A stretch of 64,000 nucleotides of DNA from Saccharofermentanales bacterium (lineage in GTDB: Bacteria > Bacillota > Clostridia > Saccharofermentanales > DTU023). The stretch covers positions 61,075-125,074 of the forward strand of contig JBMNTA010000001.1 in the NCBI GenBank assembly GCA_050945495.1. Reading direction: 5' to 3'. Of this stretch, positions 37,978-46,979 are shown piece by piece. The stretch's first letter is position 1. Each line of letters opens with the position of its first letter. The notes beneath the pieces are model-generated. The model did not search any database and was not told the origin of the DNA. It was given only the letters and a program-made list of their open reading frames with translations. The translations under genes were made by a program, and so were the position numbers.

Positions 37978-38766
37978 TTACGACCGATCGGCGCTCGCCA
38001 TGTAACCGCCGTCAAACAGAATCGACATGCTGCCGAGGCGAACGGCTTGATCGACGATGTCGCGATCTTGAACGCAATACCCCGAGAGGTTGTCGACGCC
38101 GTAATCAAAGAGGATCGGCGCCATGCACGTCGAGGGACCGACCATGCTGACTTTGCAATGGTCGCCCGCCAGCTCCAAGAGGCGCGGCAACGTCTTGTTG
38201 ATGATGGTCGTGCCGGTGATGAACGCATAATCCTGATCGCGCATGATGTATTCACACGCCGGATCCGGCAGATCGCCCTTCCTCGGGTTGCGCTCCAAAA
38301 TGGTCATGTTGCAGCGATCCGCGAACCGCTGTTCCAGATGCGGGAAGTGGCCGATGACGACCACGTTCTTGCCTTCGATCTCTTCCTGAAACGCGATAAA
38401 CGCATTGAGTTCGCGAAACCGCCGCGGCGGGATCTGACCGCGCTTAACGTCGAATCCGCCGAACCCGTCCATCCGATCGACGCGATCGATCGTGTTGTAG
38501 TAGCAGTTCAGGGCGGCGGCGCCCAGCGACGCCTCAAACATGTTCCACGATTTCACCATGCGCGCCATGTCTTTCAGCGACATGCCGTCGTGCGGCGTGG
38601 GATACATGCGGCGAGGCCCCTGTCCCCGCAAGCCCATGGCGACCCCCGTATCGGGACCGCTCCAAACTTGGCTCCAAAGCGCGCCCGGCGCGAAGTAGTC
38701 GACCGTCCGCGTCGGATCGACGCCTTCAATCAGTGCATCGTACACGGCCCATGGATCTCGCATCAT
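37978..38766 (-). CDS. DUF4213/DUF364 domain protein (putative metal-chelation/Rossmann-like)
   Basis: 262 aa from ATG 38766 (MMRDPWAVYDALIEGV...). AAAGGAGGG RBS. VVVIGHFPHLE and AFITGTTIINKTLPRLL blocks. Confidence 0.7.
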   Translation of the reverse strand: MMRDPWAVYDALIEGVDPTRTVDYFAPGALWSQVWSGPDTGVAMGLRGQGPRRMYPTPHDGMSLKDMARMVKSWNMFEASLGAAALNCYYNTIDRVDRMDGFGGFDVKRGQIPPRRFRELNAFIAFQEEIEGKNVVVIGHFPHLEQRFADRCNMTILERNPRKGDLPDPACEYIMRDQDYAFITGTTIINKTLPRLLELAGDHCKVSMVGPSTCMAPILFDYGVDNLSGYCVQDRDIVDQAVRLGSMSILFDGGYMASADRS

Positions 38767-39032
38767 GCCCTCCTTTTCGGCGATGTCCCCCCATCGAAGG
38801 GGACGTCTCACCGTCTATTAAACCATAAGCAATCGGTGGACACGTGCCCACGTGAAGGTCGCCTCAAAACTCGGATGGGCGGTTTGACCTCATTCGAATA
38901 TGTGGAGTACACTAAGATTTGTGAACAGAGGGGGATCTTCCGCACCTAAAACCCGTCGATAATGCCCCGTAACAGGCGATTATGCAGGGTATGCAAGGTG
39001 AATCGGAAACGTTCAAGCAGCGGAGAGAACAC

Positions 39033-39953
39033 ATGATTCAATCTTTCGCCACGATGGGCGAACGCATTTTAGCGATGGGACGCCAGAGCGTCGTCGTCGC
39101 CGCCGCCCAAGACGACGATGTCTTGTTATCCATTGACAAAGCTGCCGCGCTGGGCATCGCAGAGCCCATGTTGATCGGCCGAAAAGACGATATTTTGAAG
39201 GCGGCCGACCACTGCGGCGTCGACGTCACACCGTATGAAATCATTGAAGAAGCCGACGACGTCGCCGCGTGCAACCTCGCCATACGTTTGATTCGCGAGG
39301 GCCGCGCTGACGCCATTATGAAAGGGCTTGTCAGCACGGCGTACGTGCTCAAAGCCGTCCTCAACAAAGAAACCGGCATCCGAGATCGAGCGTTGCTATC
39401 GCACATCGGTCTCTTTTTTATTAAGAAAACTCAACGCTTCTGCATGGTGACGGACGCGGCCATGTGCATCGCGCCCGATGCGGAGCAAAAACGCCACATC
39501 CTCGAGAATGCGGTGGAAGCGGCCCAATTGTTGGGCATCGAACGCCCGAACGTCGCGTGTGTATGCGCCTTGGAGAAAGTGAATCCGGCGATGCCCGCCA
39601 CGGTCGACGCGCAGACGCTCGTCCGCTGGAATCGCGAGGGCATCATCCGAGACTGCGTCGTCGGCGGACCGTTCGCGTTGGACAATGCGCTCTTTAAAGA
39701 GGCGGCGCGCCTCAAAGGCGTCGAGGATCCCGTTGCCGGAGAACCTGATATCCTTTTAATGCCGAACATTGAAGCCGGCAACGTCTTGTACAAGGCGTTG
39801 GCCTTTGTGGCGGATTCGCCCGGCGCCGGGTTGGTGCTGGGCGCCAAAGCGCCCGTCATTCTGACGTCGCGCAGCGACAACGACGAGACAAAATTGAACG
39901 CGATCATTTTGGCCCTGTACTTAGCGGCCATGAAAAAAGAACGTGACCGATAA
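39033..39953 (+). CDS. ptb: Phosphate butyryltransferase (phosphotransacylase)
   Basis: 306 aa from ATG 39033 (MIQSFATMGERILA...). ADAIMKGLVSTA, PNIEAGNVLYKAL and PVILTSRSD blocks. Confidence 0.88.
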   Translation: MIQSFATMGERILAMGRQSVVVAAAQDDDVLLSIDKAAALGIAEPMLIGRKDDILKAADHCGVDVTPYEIIEEADDVAACNLAIRLIREGRADAIMKGLVSTAYVLKAVLNKETGIRDRALLSHIGLFFIKKTQRFCMVTDAAMCIAPDAEQKRHILENAVEAAQLLGIERPNVACVCALEKVNPAMPATVDAQTLVRWNREGIIRDCVVGGPFALDNALFKEAARLKGVEDPVAGEPDILLMPNIEAGNVLYKALAFVADSPGAGLVLGAKAPVILTSRSDNDETKLNAIILALYLAAMKKERDR

Positions 39954-39964
39954 GGAGGCACGCC

Positions 39965-41044
39965 ATGCTACGACTTTTTGTGATTAACCCCGGATCGACG
40001 TCGACCAAAGTCGGCGTCTTCGAAGACGGAAAAGAAATTTTCTCGAAGAGCGTCAAACACAGCGGCGACGTCATGAAAAATTATCCCGATTTGAAGAGCC
40101 AGATGCCCTTCCGCGAAGGCCTGATCCGCGAGATCATCGAAGAAGAAAACATCGACCTCTCGACGATGGACGCCTTTGTCGGACGCGGCGGCGTCGTCCA
40201 CCCCCTGGTCGGCGGCGTCTACGAAGTGAACGAAGCCATGAAAGATGACCTCGAAAGCTGCCGTTACGGCTGGCATTCGAGCAACATGGGCGGGCTCTTG
40301 GCCGACGTGCTGGCGAAACCCTTGGGACGTAAGGCCTACATCGCCGATCCCGTCATCGTCGATGAGTTCGAGCCGCTGGCGCGCGTGTCCGGCTGGCCCG
40401 AGATCGAACGCATCTCGATCTTCCACGCACTGAACCAAAAGGCGGTCGCGCGCCGCTACGCCAAAGAACACGGGCAGGCGTACGACGAACTGAATCTCAT
40501 CGTCGTCCACATGGGCGGCGGCGTCTCGATCGGCGCACACCAAAAAGGCCGCGTCATCGACGTCAACAATGCGCTGACGGGCGACGGCCCCTTCTCGGTC
40601 GAGCGCACGGGCGATCTGCCCCTTTTCTCGCTCATCGAGCTCTGCTATTCCGGCCAATACACGGAAGCCGAATTGAAGGCGCAACTCGTCGGCCACGGCG
40701 GTCTCATCGCCTACCTGCACACGAGCGACGGCCTCGAGATCGACGACCGCATCGAAGCCGGAGATGACTACGCACGCTACATCTTGGAAGCCATGGGCTA
40801 CCAAATTTCGAAAGAAATCGGATCGGCGGCGACCGTTCTCAAAGGCGACGTCGACCAAATCATTCTGACGGGCGGCCTCGGCCGCGACCCGTTCCTCGTG
40901 GACTGGATCACCGAACGGACCGCATGGATCGCCCCGATCACCCTGTACCCCGGCGAAGACGAGCTCGGCGCCCTGGCCGATGCCGTAAGCGAAGCGCTCG
41001 CGGGCAACGCGCCCATTCGCCAATACGAAAAAGAAACTGAGTAA
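39965..41044 (+). CDS. buk: Butyrate (branched-chain acyl) kinase
   Basis: 359 aa. MLRLFVINPGSTSTKVGVFEDG...VVHMGGGVSIGAH...ILTGGL are acetate/butyrate kinase family motifs. Confidence 0.92.
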   Translation: MLRLFVINPGSTSTKVGVFEDGKEIFSKSVKHSGDVMKNYPDLKSQMPFREGLIREIIEEENIDLSTMDAFVGRGGVVHPLVGGVYEVNEAMKDDLESCRYGWHSSNMGGLLADVLAKPLGRKAYIADPVIVDEFEPLARVSGWPEIERISIFHALNQKAVARRYAKEHGQAYDELNLIVVHMGGGVSIGAHQKGRVIDVNNALTGDGPFSVERTGDLPLFSLIELCYSGQYTEAELKAQLVGHGGLIAYLHTSDGLEIDDRIEAGDDYARYILEAMGYQISKEIGSAATVLKGDVDQIILTGGLGRDPFLVDWITERTAWIAPITLYPGEDELGALADAVSEALAGNAPIRQYEKETE

Positions 41045-41047
41045 CGG

Positions 41048-41761
41048 ATGCATTTACCTGATAAAAAAATAACGATCGTCGCCGGGCACTACGGCACCGG
41101 CAAAACGGAATTTGCGGTCAATTTGGCGATCGCGATGGCGCGCGAAGGACGGAAAACGGCCTTGGTCGACCTCGACATCGTCAACCCGTACTTCCGCTCG
41201 TACGAACGGCAAAAAGAGATGGCGCGTGAAGGCATCAAGGTCTTTGTGACGTCGAACGACGGCAAGGCCGACATTCCCTCGCTCCCCGCCGACATCCAAT
41301 CCATTTTCATCAAAGACGGCCTCCAATCGATCATCGATTTGGGCGGCGACCCCGTCGGCGCGCGGGTGCTCGGTTATTACAAGCCCCAGCTCGACCGAAC
41401 GGACCGCGATTTTCTGTTCGTCATCAATCAAAACCGTCCGGAAAACGCGACCGTGGAGCAGGCGATCCAATACCTGCAGGATACGGAATTCCATGCACGT
41501 CAACGGGTGACGGGCATCGTCAACAACACACATTTATGCCGGGAGACGACGGTCGAAGACATCCTTCGAGGCGACCGCTTCGCCGCCGAGGTGGCCGACC
41601 GGCTCGACCTGCCGCTCGTCTACACCGTCGGAGAACGCCGTTTTGCAGAAACGGTTCAAGGCCGATTGAACGGCCCATATTTTCCAATCGATCTCTACAT
41701 GATCAAACCATGGGAACTTAGTGAAGATAAAGGAGGGCAATTTGCATGGCTGGTAGAGTAA
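41048..41761 (+). CDS. P-loop NTPase of unknown function (MinD/ParA/CooC-like fold)
   Basis: 237 aa. Walker A VAGHYGTGKTEFAVNLA and Walker B-like ALVDLD. The start lies 3 nt after the buk stop. The 3' end overlaps the ferredoxin gene by 16 nt. Confidence 0.7.
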   Translation: MHLPDKKITIVAGHYGTGKTEFAVNLAIAMAREGRKTALVDLDIVNPYFRSYERQKEMAREGIKVFVTSNDGKADIPSLPADIQSIFIKDGLQSIIDLGGDPVGARVLGYYKPQLDRTDRDFLFVINQNRPENATVEQAIQYLQDTEFHARQRVTGIVNNTHLCRETTVEDILRGDRFAAEVADRLDLPLVYTVGERRFAETVQGRLNGPYFPIDLYMIKPWELSEDKGGQFAWLVE

Positions 41762-41958
41762 CGTTCCGAGAAGATCGCTGCAAAGGCTGCGGCCTTTGTG
41801 TGTCGGTCTGTCCGAGGGAAATCATTTTCTTGGACGAAACCAAGACAAATCGAAAAGGGTATCACCCCGCGACGGTGACCGAAATGGAAAAGTGCATCGG
41901 GTGCGCGAACTGCGCGCGGATGTGCCCCGACTCCATCATCACCGTTGAGCGCGATTAG
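41746..41958 (+). CDS. 2x[4Fe-4S] ferredoxin, delta subunit of 2-oxoacid:ferredoxin oxidoreductase
   Basis: 70 aa. CKGCGLCVSVCP and CIGCANCARMCP. Confidence 0.9.
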   Translation: MAGRVTFREDRCKGCGLCVSVCPREIIFLDETKTNRKGYHPATVTEMEKCIGCANCARMCPDSIITVERD

Positions 41959-41968
41959 GAGGTCACAC

Positions 41969-43030
41969 ATGGCAAAAGAATTATGGAAAGGCAACGAAGC
42001 GATCGCCGAAGCCGCCATCCGTGCCGGATGTCGCTGCTACTTCGGCTATCCCATCACGCCTCAAAGCGAAGTCCCCGAATACATGTCCTTGCACATGCCG
42101 AAAGCGGGCGGTGTGTTCCTTCAATCCGAATCTGAGATCGCGGCCATCAACATGGTGTACGGCGCCGCCGGCGCCGGTGCCCGCGTGATGACCTCGTCAT
42201 CGTCGCCCGGCGTCAGCCTGAAACAAGAAGGCATTTCCTACATGTGCGGCGCGGAACTCCCCGCCGTCATCGTCAACGTCATGCGCGGCGGCCCCGGCCT
42301 CGGCACGATTCAGCCGGCGCAAGGCGATTACTACCAAGCGACCCGCGGCGGCGGCAACGGCGACTATCGCCTGATCGTCCTCGCTCCCGCCAACATCCAA
42401 GAAGTCGTCGACTTGATGCAATTGGCCTTTGACCTCGCCGACAAGTACCGCATGCCCGCCATGCTGCTGGTCGACGGCATGATCGGCCAGATGATGGAGC
42501 CCGTCGAATGGAAAACCGACAAGGTGACCGAACTCCCGGAAAAAGACTGGGCGACCACGGGCACGCAAGGCAAACGTAAACCCAACATCATCAACTCGCT
42601 CTTCATCGACCCGAACGAGTGCAACGTCCATAACCGTCGCCTCGAAGAAAAATACCAACGCGTGGAAGAAAATGAAGTGCGTTACGAAGCGATCGACACC
42701 GAAGATGCCGAAGTCCTTTTTGTCGCGTACGGCACGCCGGCCCGCTTGGCCCGCGCCGCCGCGCGTCTGCTCTCGGAAGAGGGCATCAAGGCCGGCGTGT
42801 TCCGTCCGATCACGGTGTGGCCGTACCCCTACGACGCCCTCCACGACATCGCGGCGCAAGACAGCGTCAAGGCGGTCGTGACCGTCGAGATGAGCACGGG
42901 CCAGATGGTCGATGACGTCAAAATTGCCGTCAACGGCGCGAAGCCCGTCGCATTCGTCGGTGAAACGGGCGGCGTCATTCCGACACCGCGCGACGTCGCC
43001 GAAGCGGCGAAGAAAGCACTGGGGAGGTAA
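41969..43030 (+). CDS. 2-oxoacid:ferredoxin oxidoreductase alpha subunit (VOR-like by operon context)
   Basis: 353 aa from ATG 41969 ([34 protein letters not shown]). AGGAGG RBS. Confidence 0.88.
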   Translation: MAKELWKGNEAIAEAAIRAGCRCYFGYPITPQSEVPEYMSLHMPKAGGVFLQSESEIAAINMVYGAAGAGARVMTSSSSPGVSLKQEGISYMCGAELPAVIVNVMRGGPGLGTIQPAQGDYYQATRGGGNGDYRLIVLAPANIQEVVDLMQLAFDLADKYRMPAMLLVDGMIGQMMEPVEWKTDKVTELPEKDWATTGTQGKRKPNIINSLFIDPNECNVHNRRLEEKYQRVEENEVRYEAIDTEDAEVLFVAYGTPARLARAAARLLSEEGIKAGVFRPITVWPYPYDALHDIAAQDSVKAVVTVEMSTGQMVDDVKIAVNGAKPVAFVGETGGVIPTPRDVAEAAKKALGR

Positions 43031-43034
43031 GCAT

Positions 43035-43784
<750 letters not shown>

Positions 43785-43785
43785 G

Positions 43786-44334
43786 ATGGCTTACAAAGAA
43801 ATCATCATCTCGGGATTCGGCGGACAAGGCGTCATGGCCATCGGCAAAACGCTCACCGAAGCGGGTATGGTGGAAGATATGAACGTCAGCTGGCTCCCGT
43901 CGTACGGTCCGGAAATGCGGGGCGGCACCGCGAACTGCAGCGTCGTCATCGCCGATTCGGAAATCATCTCCCCAATCGTCTTGGAACCGACGGAATTGAT
44001 CGCCATGAACGAGCCCTCGCTCGACAAATTTGAGCCGCACGTCAAAAAGGGCGGCACGATCTTTGTCAACAGCTCGATCGTCTCGCGCAAGATTCGACGC
44101 GAAGACGTCGACGCGGTCTATGTGCCGACGGCGGAAATCGCCACGGAATTGGGCAACATGCGCGTCGCCAACATGGTGATGCTCGGAGCCTTCATCCGCA
44201 AGACGCAACTTTTGAAGTTCGATACCATCGTTGAAATGCTGAAACGTATGTTTACCGGCCGCAAAGCCCACCTGGTCGGTCTGAACGAAGAAGCCCTGAA
44301 GCGCGGCGCCGCGTGCGCGTGCCTCGACGACTGA
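43786..44334 (+). CDS. 2-oxoacid:ferredoxin oxidoreductase gamma subunit
   Basis: 182 aa. IIISGFGGQGVMAIGK...SYGPEMRGGTANC. Confidence 0.88.
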   Translation: MAYKEIIISGFGGQGVMAIGKTLTEAGMVEDMNVSWLPSYGPEMRGGTANCSVVIADSEIISPIVLEPTELIAMNEPSLDKFEPHVKKGGTIFVNSSIVSRKIRREDVDAVYVPTAEIATELGNMRVANMVMLGAFIRKTQLLKFDTIVEMLKRMFTGRKAHLVGLNEEALKRGAACACLDD

Positions 44335-44359
44335 CGCCACCCGCTCAGAAAAGAGCTCC

Positions 44360-44393
44360 GCGTGTCCGGTGCGGTCGACAGCACCGGACACGC
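44360..44393 (+). promoter_or_regulatory. 13-bp perfect stem-loop between the OFOR gamma gene and ilvE (no U-run)
   Basis: GCGTGTCCGGTGC-ggtcgaca-GCACCGGACACGC. Confidence 0.6.
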
Positions 44394-44417
44394 GCTCAAG
44401 GAAGCGAAAGGATTTCC

Positions 44418-45491
44418 ATGGATATCAAAATAACCAAAACCGAACATCCGAAAGCGAAGCCGCAAAATGAAGCGAAGCTCGGATTCGGTAAAGTGTTCAC
44501 CGATCATATGTTTATGATCCATTACAACCCGGACGAAGGTTGGCACGACGCGCGCATCGTCCCGTACGGCAACATCGCGCTCGACCCCGCCTCCCCCGTC
44601 TTCCACTACGGTCAGGAAGTCTTTGAAGGCGCCAAGGCCTATCGCCTCGACAACGGCGAGATCGGCCTGTTCCGCCTCATGGACAACGCCCGCCGTTTAA
44701 ACCAAAGCGCCGACCGCACCTGCATGCCCGCGTTGGACGCCGAATTTCAATACGAAGCGATTTGCCGCTTGATCGACCTGGATCGCGACTGGGTTCCCAA
44801 GAACGAAGGCACGTCGCTCTACTTGCGTCCCACCATGATCGCGGACGGCAAGAGCCTCGGGGCGCACAGCGCCACCGAATTCATCTACTACGTCATCTGC
44901 GCGCCTTCGGGATCCTATTACCCGAACGGCATGGAGCCCGTTCGCATCCGCATCGAGTCGCATTACGTCCGCGCCGTCAAAGGCGGCATGGGCCGTGCGA
45001 AGACCGGCGGTAACTACGCGGCAAGCTTCAAGGCCACGAAAGAAGCCATGGATCAGGGCTACAACCAGGTCCTCTGGCTGGACGGCCGCGAGCAGAAATA
45101 CGTCGAAGAAGTCGGCGCGATGAACATGATGTTCGTGATCGACGGCAAAATCGTGACGGCCGAGTTGGGCGATACGATCCTGCCCGGCATCACGCGCGAT
45201 TCGGTCCTGACCCTCGCCAAATCCATGGGCTATGAGGTCGAAGAACGCAAGATCCCCGTCGTCGAGCTCTTCCAAGCCTACGACGAAGGCCGCTTGAACG
45301 AAGCGTTCGGCACCGGCACCGCCGCCGTCATTTCACCCGTCGGCGAACTGACGTGGGAAGACCGCACGATCATCATCAACAACAATGAAATCGGCCCCAT
45401 CGCCCAGAGAATGTACGACACCCTGACGGGCATTCAGTGGCAACGCCGCGAGGATCCGCACAACTGGACCTCGGTCGTCCCCCACTTCTAA
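44418..45491 (+). CDS. ilvE: Branched-chain amino acid aminotransferase
   Basis: 357 aa from ATG 44418 (MDIKITKTEHPKAKPQ...FTDHMFMIHY...VFHYGQEVFEGAKAYR). The layout is that of class IV aminotransferases. Confidence 0.9.
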   Translation: MDIKITKTEHPKAKPQNEAKLGFGKVFTDHMFMIHYNPDEGWHDARIVPYGNIALDPASPVFHYGQEVFEGAKAYRLDNGEIGLFRLMDNARRLNQSADRTCMPALDAEFQYEAICRLIDLDRDWVPKNEGTSLYLRPTMIADGKSLGAHSATEFIYYVICAPSGSYYPNGMEPVRIRIESHYVRAVKGGMGRAKTGGNYAASFKATKEAMDQGYNQVLWLDGREQKYVEEVGAMNMMFVIDGKIVTAELGDTILPGITRDSVLTLAKSMGYEVEERKIPVVELFQAYDEGRLNEAFGTGTAAVISPVGELTWEDRTIIINNNEIGPIAQRMYDTLTGIQWQRREDPHNWTSVVPHF

Positions 45492-45518
45492 GCCCGACAC
45501 TCCTTTATCTGAGACACG

Positions 45519-45547
45519 CAGCCCCGCCGAGCCGGCGGGGCTGTTTG
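45519..45547. terminator. Terminator after ilvE, shared with the convergent hxlR
   Basis: CAGCCCCGCCG-agc-CGGCGGGGCTG followed by TTTG. Confidence 0.75.
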
Positions 45548-45548
45548 A

Positions 45549-45935
45549 TTATGCGTGATAGTCCGTGTAGTCACATCGCTGACATTGTTTGAGACTTCGA
45601 TCCGTGACTTCATTGTGATAGGCGCCCGCCCATTTGCAAATGGTCTGCAAAATGGGCACCACGGACAACCCCTTGTCCGTCAGGCAATACTCCACCCGCG
45701 GAGGAATTTCATTGTAAGAGGTGCGATCGACGAGCCCGTCTCGGGCCAGTTCTTTCAGCGTGGAGGTCAAGACGGCATCCGTAATGTTGATCATTTCGCC
45801 GCGAAGCTCGCTGTAGCGCAACGTGCCCTTCTCCGATAACACACAGATGATGCGTGATTTCCATTTTCCCCCGAAAATTTGCAGGGCATACTCCAACGGA
45901 CACCGGATATCTTCTTCCATCTTTTTTTCGTACAT
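45549..45935 (-). CDS. HxlR family transcriptional regulator
   Basis: 128 aa. CPLEYALQIFGGKWKSRIICVL...LRYSELRGEM...ITDAVLTSTLKELARDGLV...PPRVEYCLTDKG. Confidence 0.9.
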   Translation of the reverse strand: MYEKKMEEDIRCPLEYALQIFGGKWKSRIICVLSEKGTLRYSELRGEMINITDAVLTSTLKELARDGLVDRTSYNEIPPRVEYCLTDKGLSVVPILQTICKWAGAYHNEVTDRSLKQCQRCDYTDYHA

Positions 45936-45997
45936 GATGACCTCCGTACGTTTATCTTAGTTGGTAGAAGCGATTTTAAAAAGTTACTATGAAAATT

Positions 45998-46010
45998 ATG
46001 AGTGACTCAT
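45998..46010. promoter_or_regulatory. Perfect palindrome ATGAGTGACTCAT in the hxlR divergent intergenic region (candidate operator)
   Basis: Seen directly. A second palindrome, GTTGATCAAC, lies at 46063-46072. Confidence 0.4.
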
Positions 46011-46105
46011 TCTTTTCTTAATATCTTACATTTCGAGCGCGCGACCTCTACACTAAAAATGCGTTGATCAACCGCACTCAATGATTGACAAGGAGGTCAC
46101 TTCAC

Positions 46106-46396
46106 ATGAACGTCAAAGCGTATTTGCAGGTCATCATGACCATTTCCGAAGAAAATCGTGCGAAAGCCGCCCAAGTTTACACGGATTACCGCCAACCCTT
46201 CCTCGATGACGTCGAGGGCGCGCTCACCAAAGAGCTGCTGGTGCGTGACGAGGATGTTCAGGTCATTCACGGGTTCGACAGCATGGAACACGCAGAAGCG
46301 TACCTTGAAACGCCGCTGTTCACCGAGAAAGTCGCCCCCGGACTGCAACCCTTGTGGGACAAAGATCCCGACATCCGTTTCTACGCGGTGCCTTAA
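46106..46396 (+). CDS. Small ferredoxin-like-fold protein (ABM/quinol monooxygenase-like), function unknown
   Basis: 96 aa from ATG 46106 (MNVKAYLQVIMTISEENRAKAAQVY...). AAGGAGG RBS. The length and the alternating pattern ending ...HAEAYLETPLF resemble the ABM domain. Divergent from hxlR. Confidence 0.6.
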   Translation: MNVKAYLQVIMTISEENRAKAAQVYTDYRQPFLDDVEGALTKELLVRDEDVQVIHGFDSMEHAEAYLETPLFTEKVAPGLQPLWDKDPDIRFYAVP

Positions 46397-46422
46397 TCGG
46401 ACGCAAGCGATCCCATGAAACT

Positions 46423-46451
46423 ACGGCCTCGCACACGCGAGGTCGTTTTTA
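46423..46451 (+). terminator. Intrinsic terminator after the 96-aa gene
   Basis: ACGGCCTCGC-acac-GCGAGGTCGT followed by TTTTT. Confidence 0.75.
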
Positions 46452-46627
46452 AGGCTTTTTTAAAACGGGAATTTGTATTTCTGTTACGTATCGTCTGATC
46501 CATGATTTAAAAGCCGTTTGTGGCTGAGATCAATCGCCGCTTGCACGGGGACCTTCGGAAGGTAGGCCATGACGCAAAAAGACATTCCTTATGGGTTAGC
46601 GCCGTGCCCAACATACTGATTACAACG

Positions 46628-46975
46628 CTAGAACGTCGCATCGTTCATATCGAGCGATTCGATGCCTTTTTGCAGCTCCGTCATCCGTTTTTCCAAAGCC
46701 AGAAAATCAATGAAACGGCTCTGTCGGTGGTATTCCTTCGTGCCGTGCATGATGAGCACGGTCGGGGCGGTGAGCACCATCATCTGCCCGCCCACGTCGG
46801 GGGCATGTTCGATGCGAATGTGAAACAACGGATAGTCGTATCGCTCGGCCAAGCGTTGCACCACAAGAAGGTCGTCGCCGCAGACGGGACACGTCGGACT
46901 TGAAAAATAGACGAGCGCGTACGGTGTGTCGGCCAGTCGATGCCGTAAGTCTTGAAAGCTTTGGATTTCGGTCAT
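46628..46975 (-). CDS. Thioredoxin-fold protein (CPVC active site)
   Basis: 115 aa from ATG 46975 (MTEIQSFQDLRHRLADTPYALVYFSSPTCPVCGDD...), 4 nt after the scfB stop. The tracked 196-aa extension overlaps scfB and is rejected. Confidence 0.75.
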   Translation of the reverse strand: MTEIQSFQDLRHRLADTPYALVYFSSPTCPVCGDDLLVVQRLAERYDYPLFHIRIEHAPDVGGQMMVLTAPTVLIMHGTKEYHRQSRFIDFLALEKRMTELQKGIESLDMNDATF

Positions 46976-46979
46976 CGCG

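Noticed and set aside
38919-38925. TTGTGAA half-site upstream of ptb, considered as a Rex operator. I also looked for Rex boxes upstream of hydC and rex.
   Set aside because: No matching TTCACAA half lies at 4-6 nt spacing (the sequence continues cagagggggatcttcc). No full Rex-type palindrome was seen in 60284-60319 or 59553-59629.
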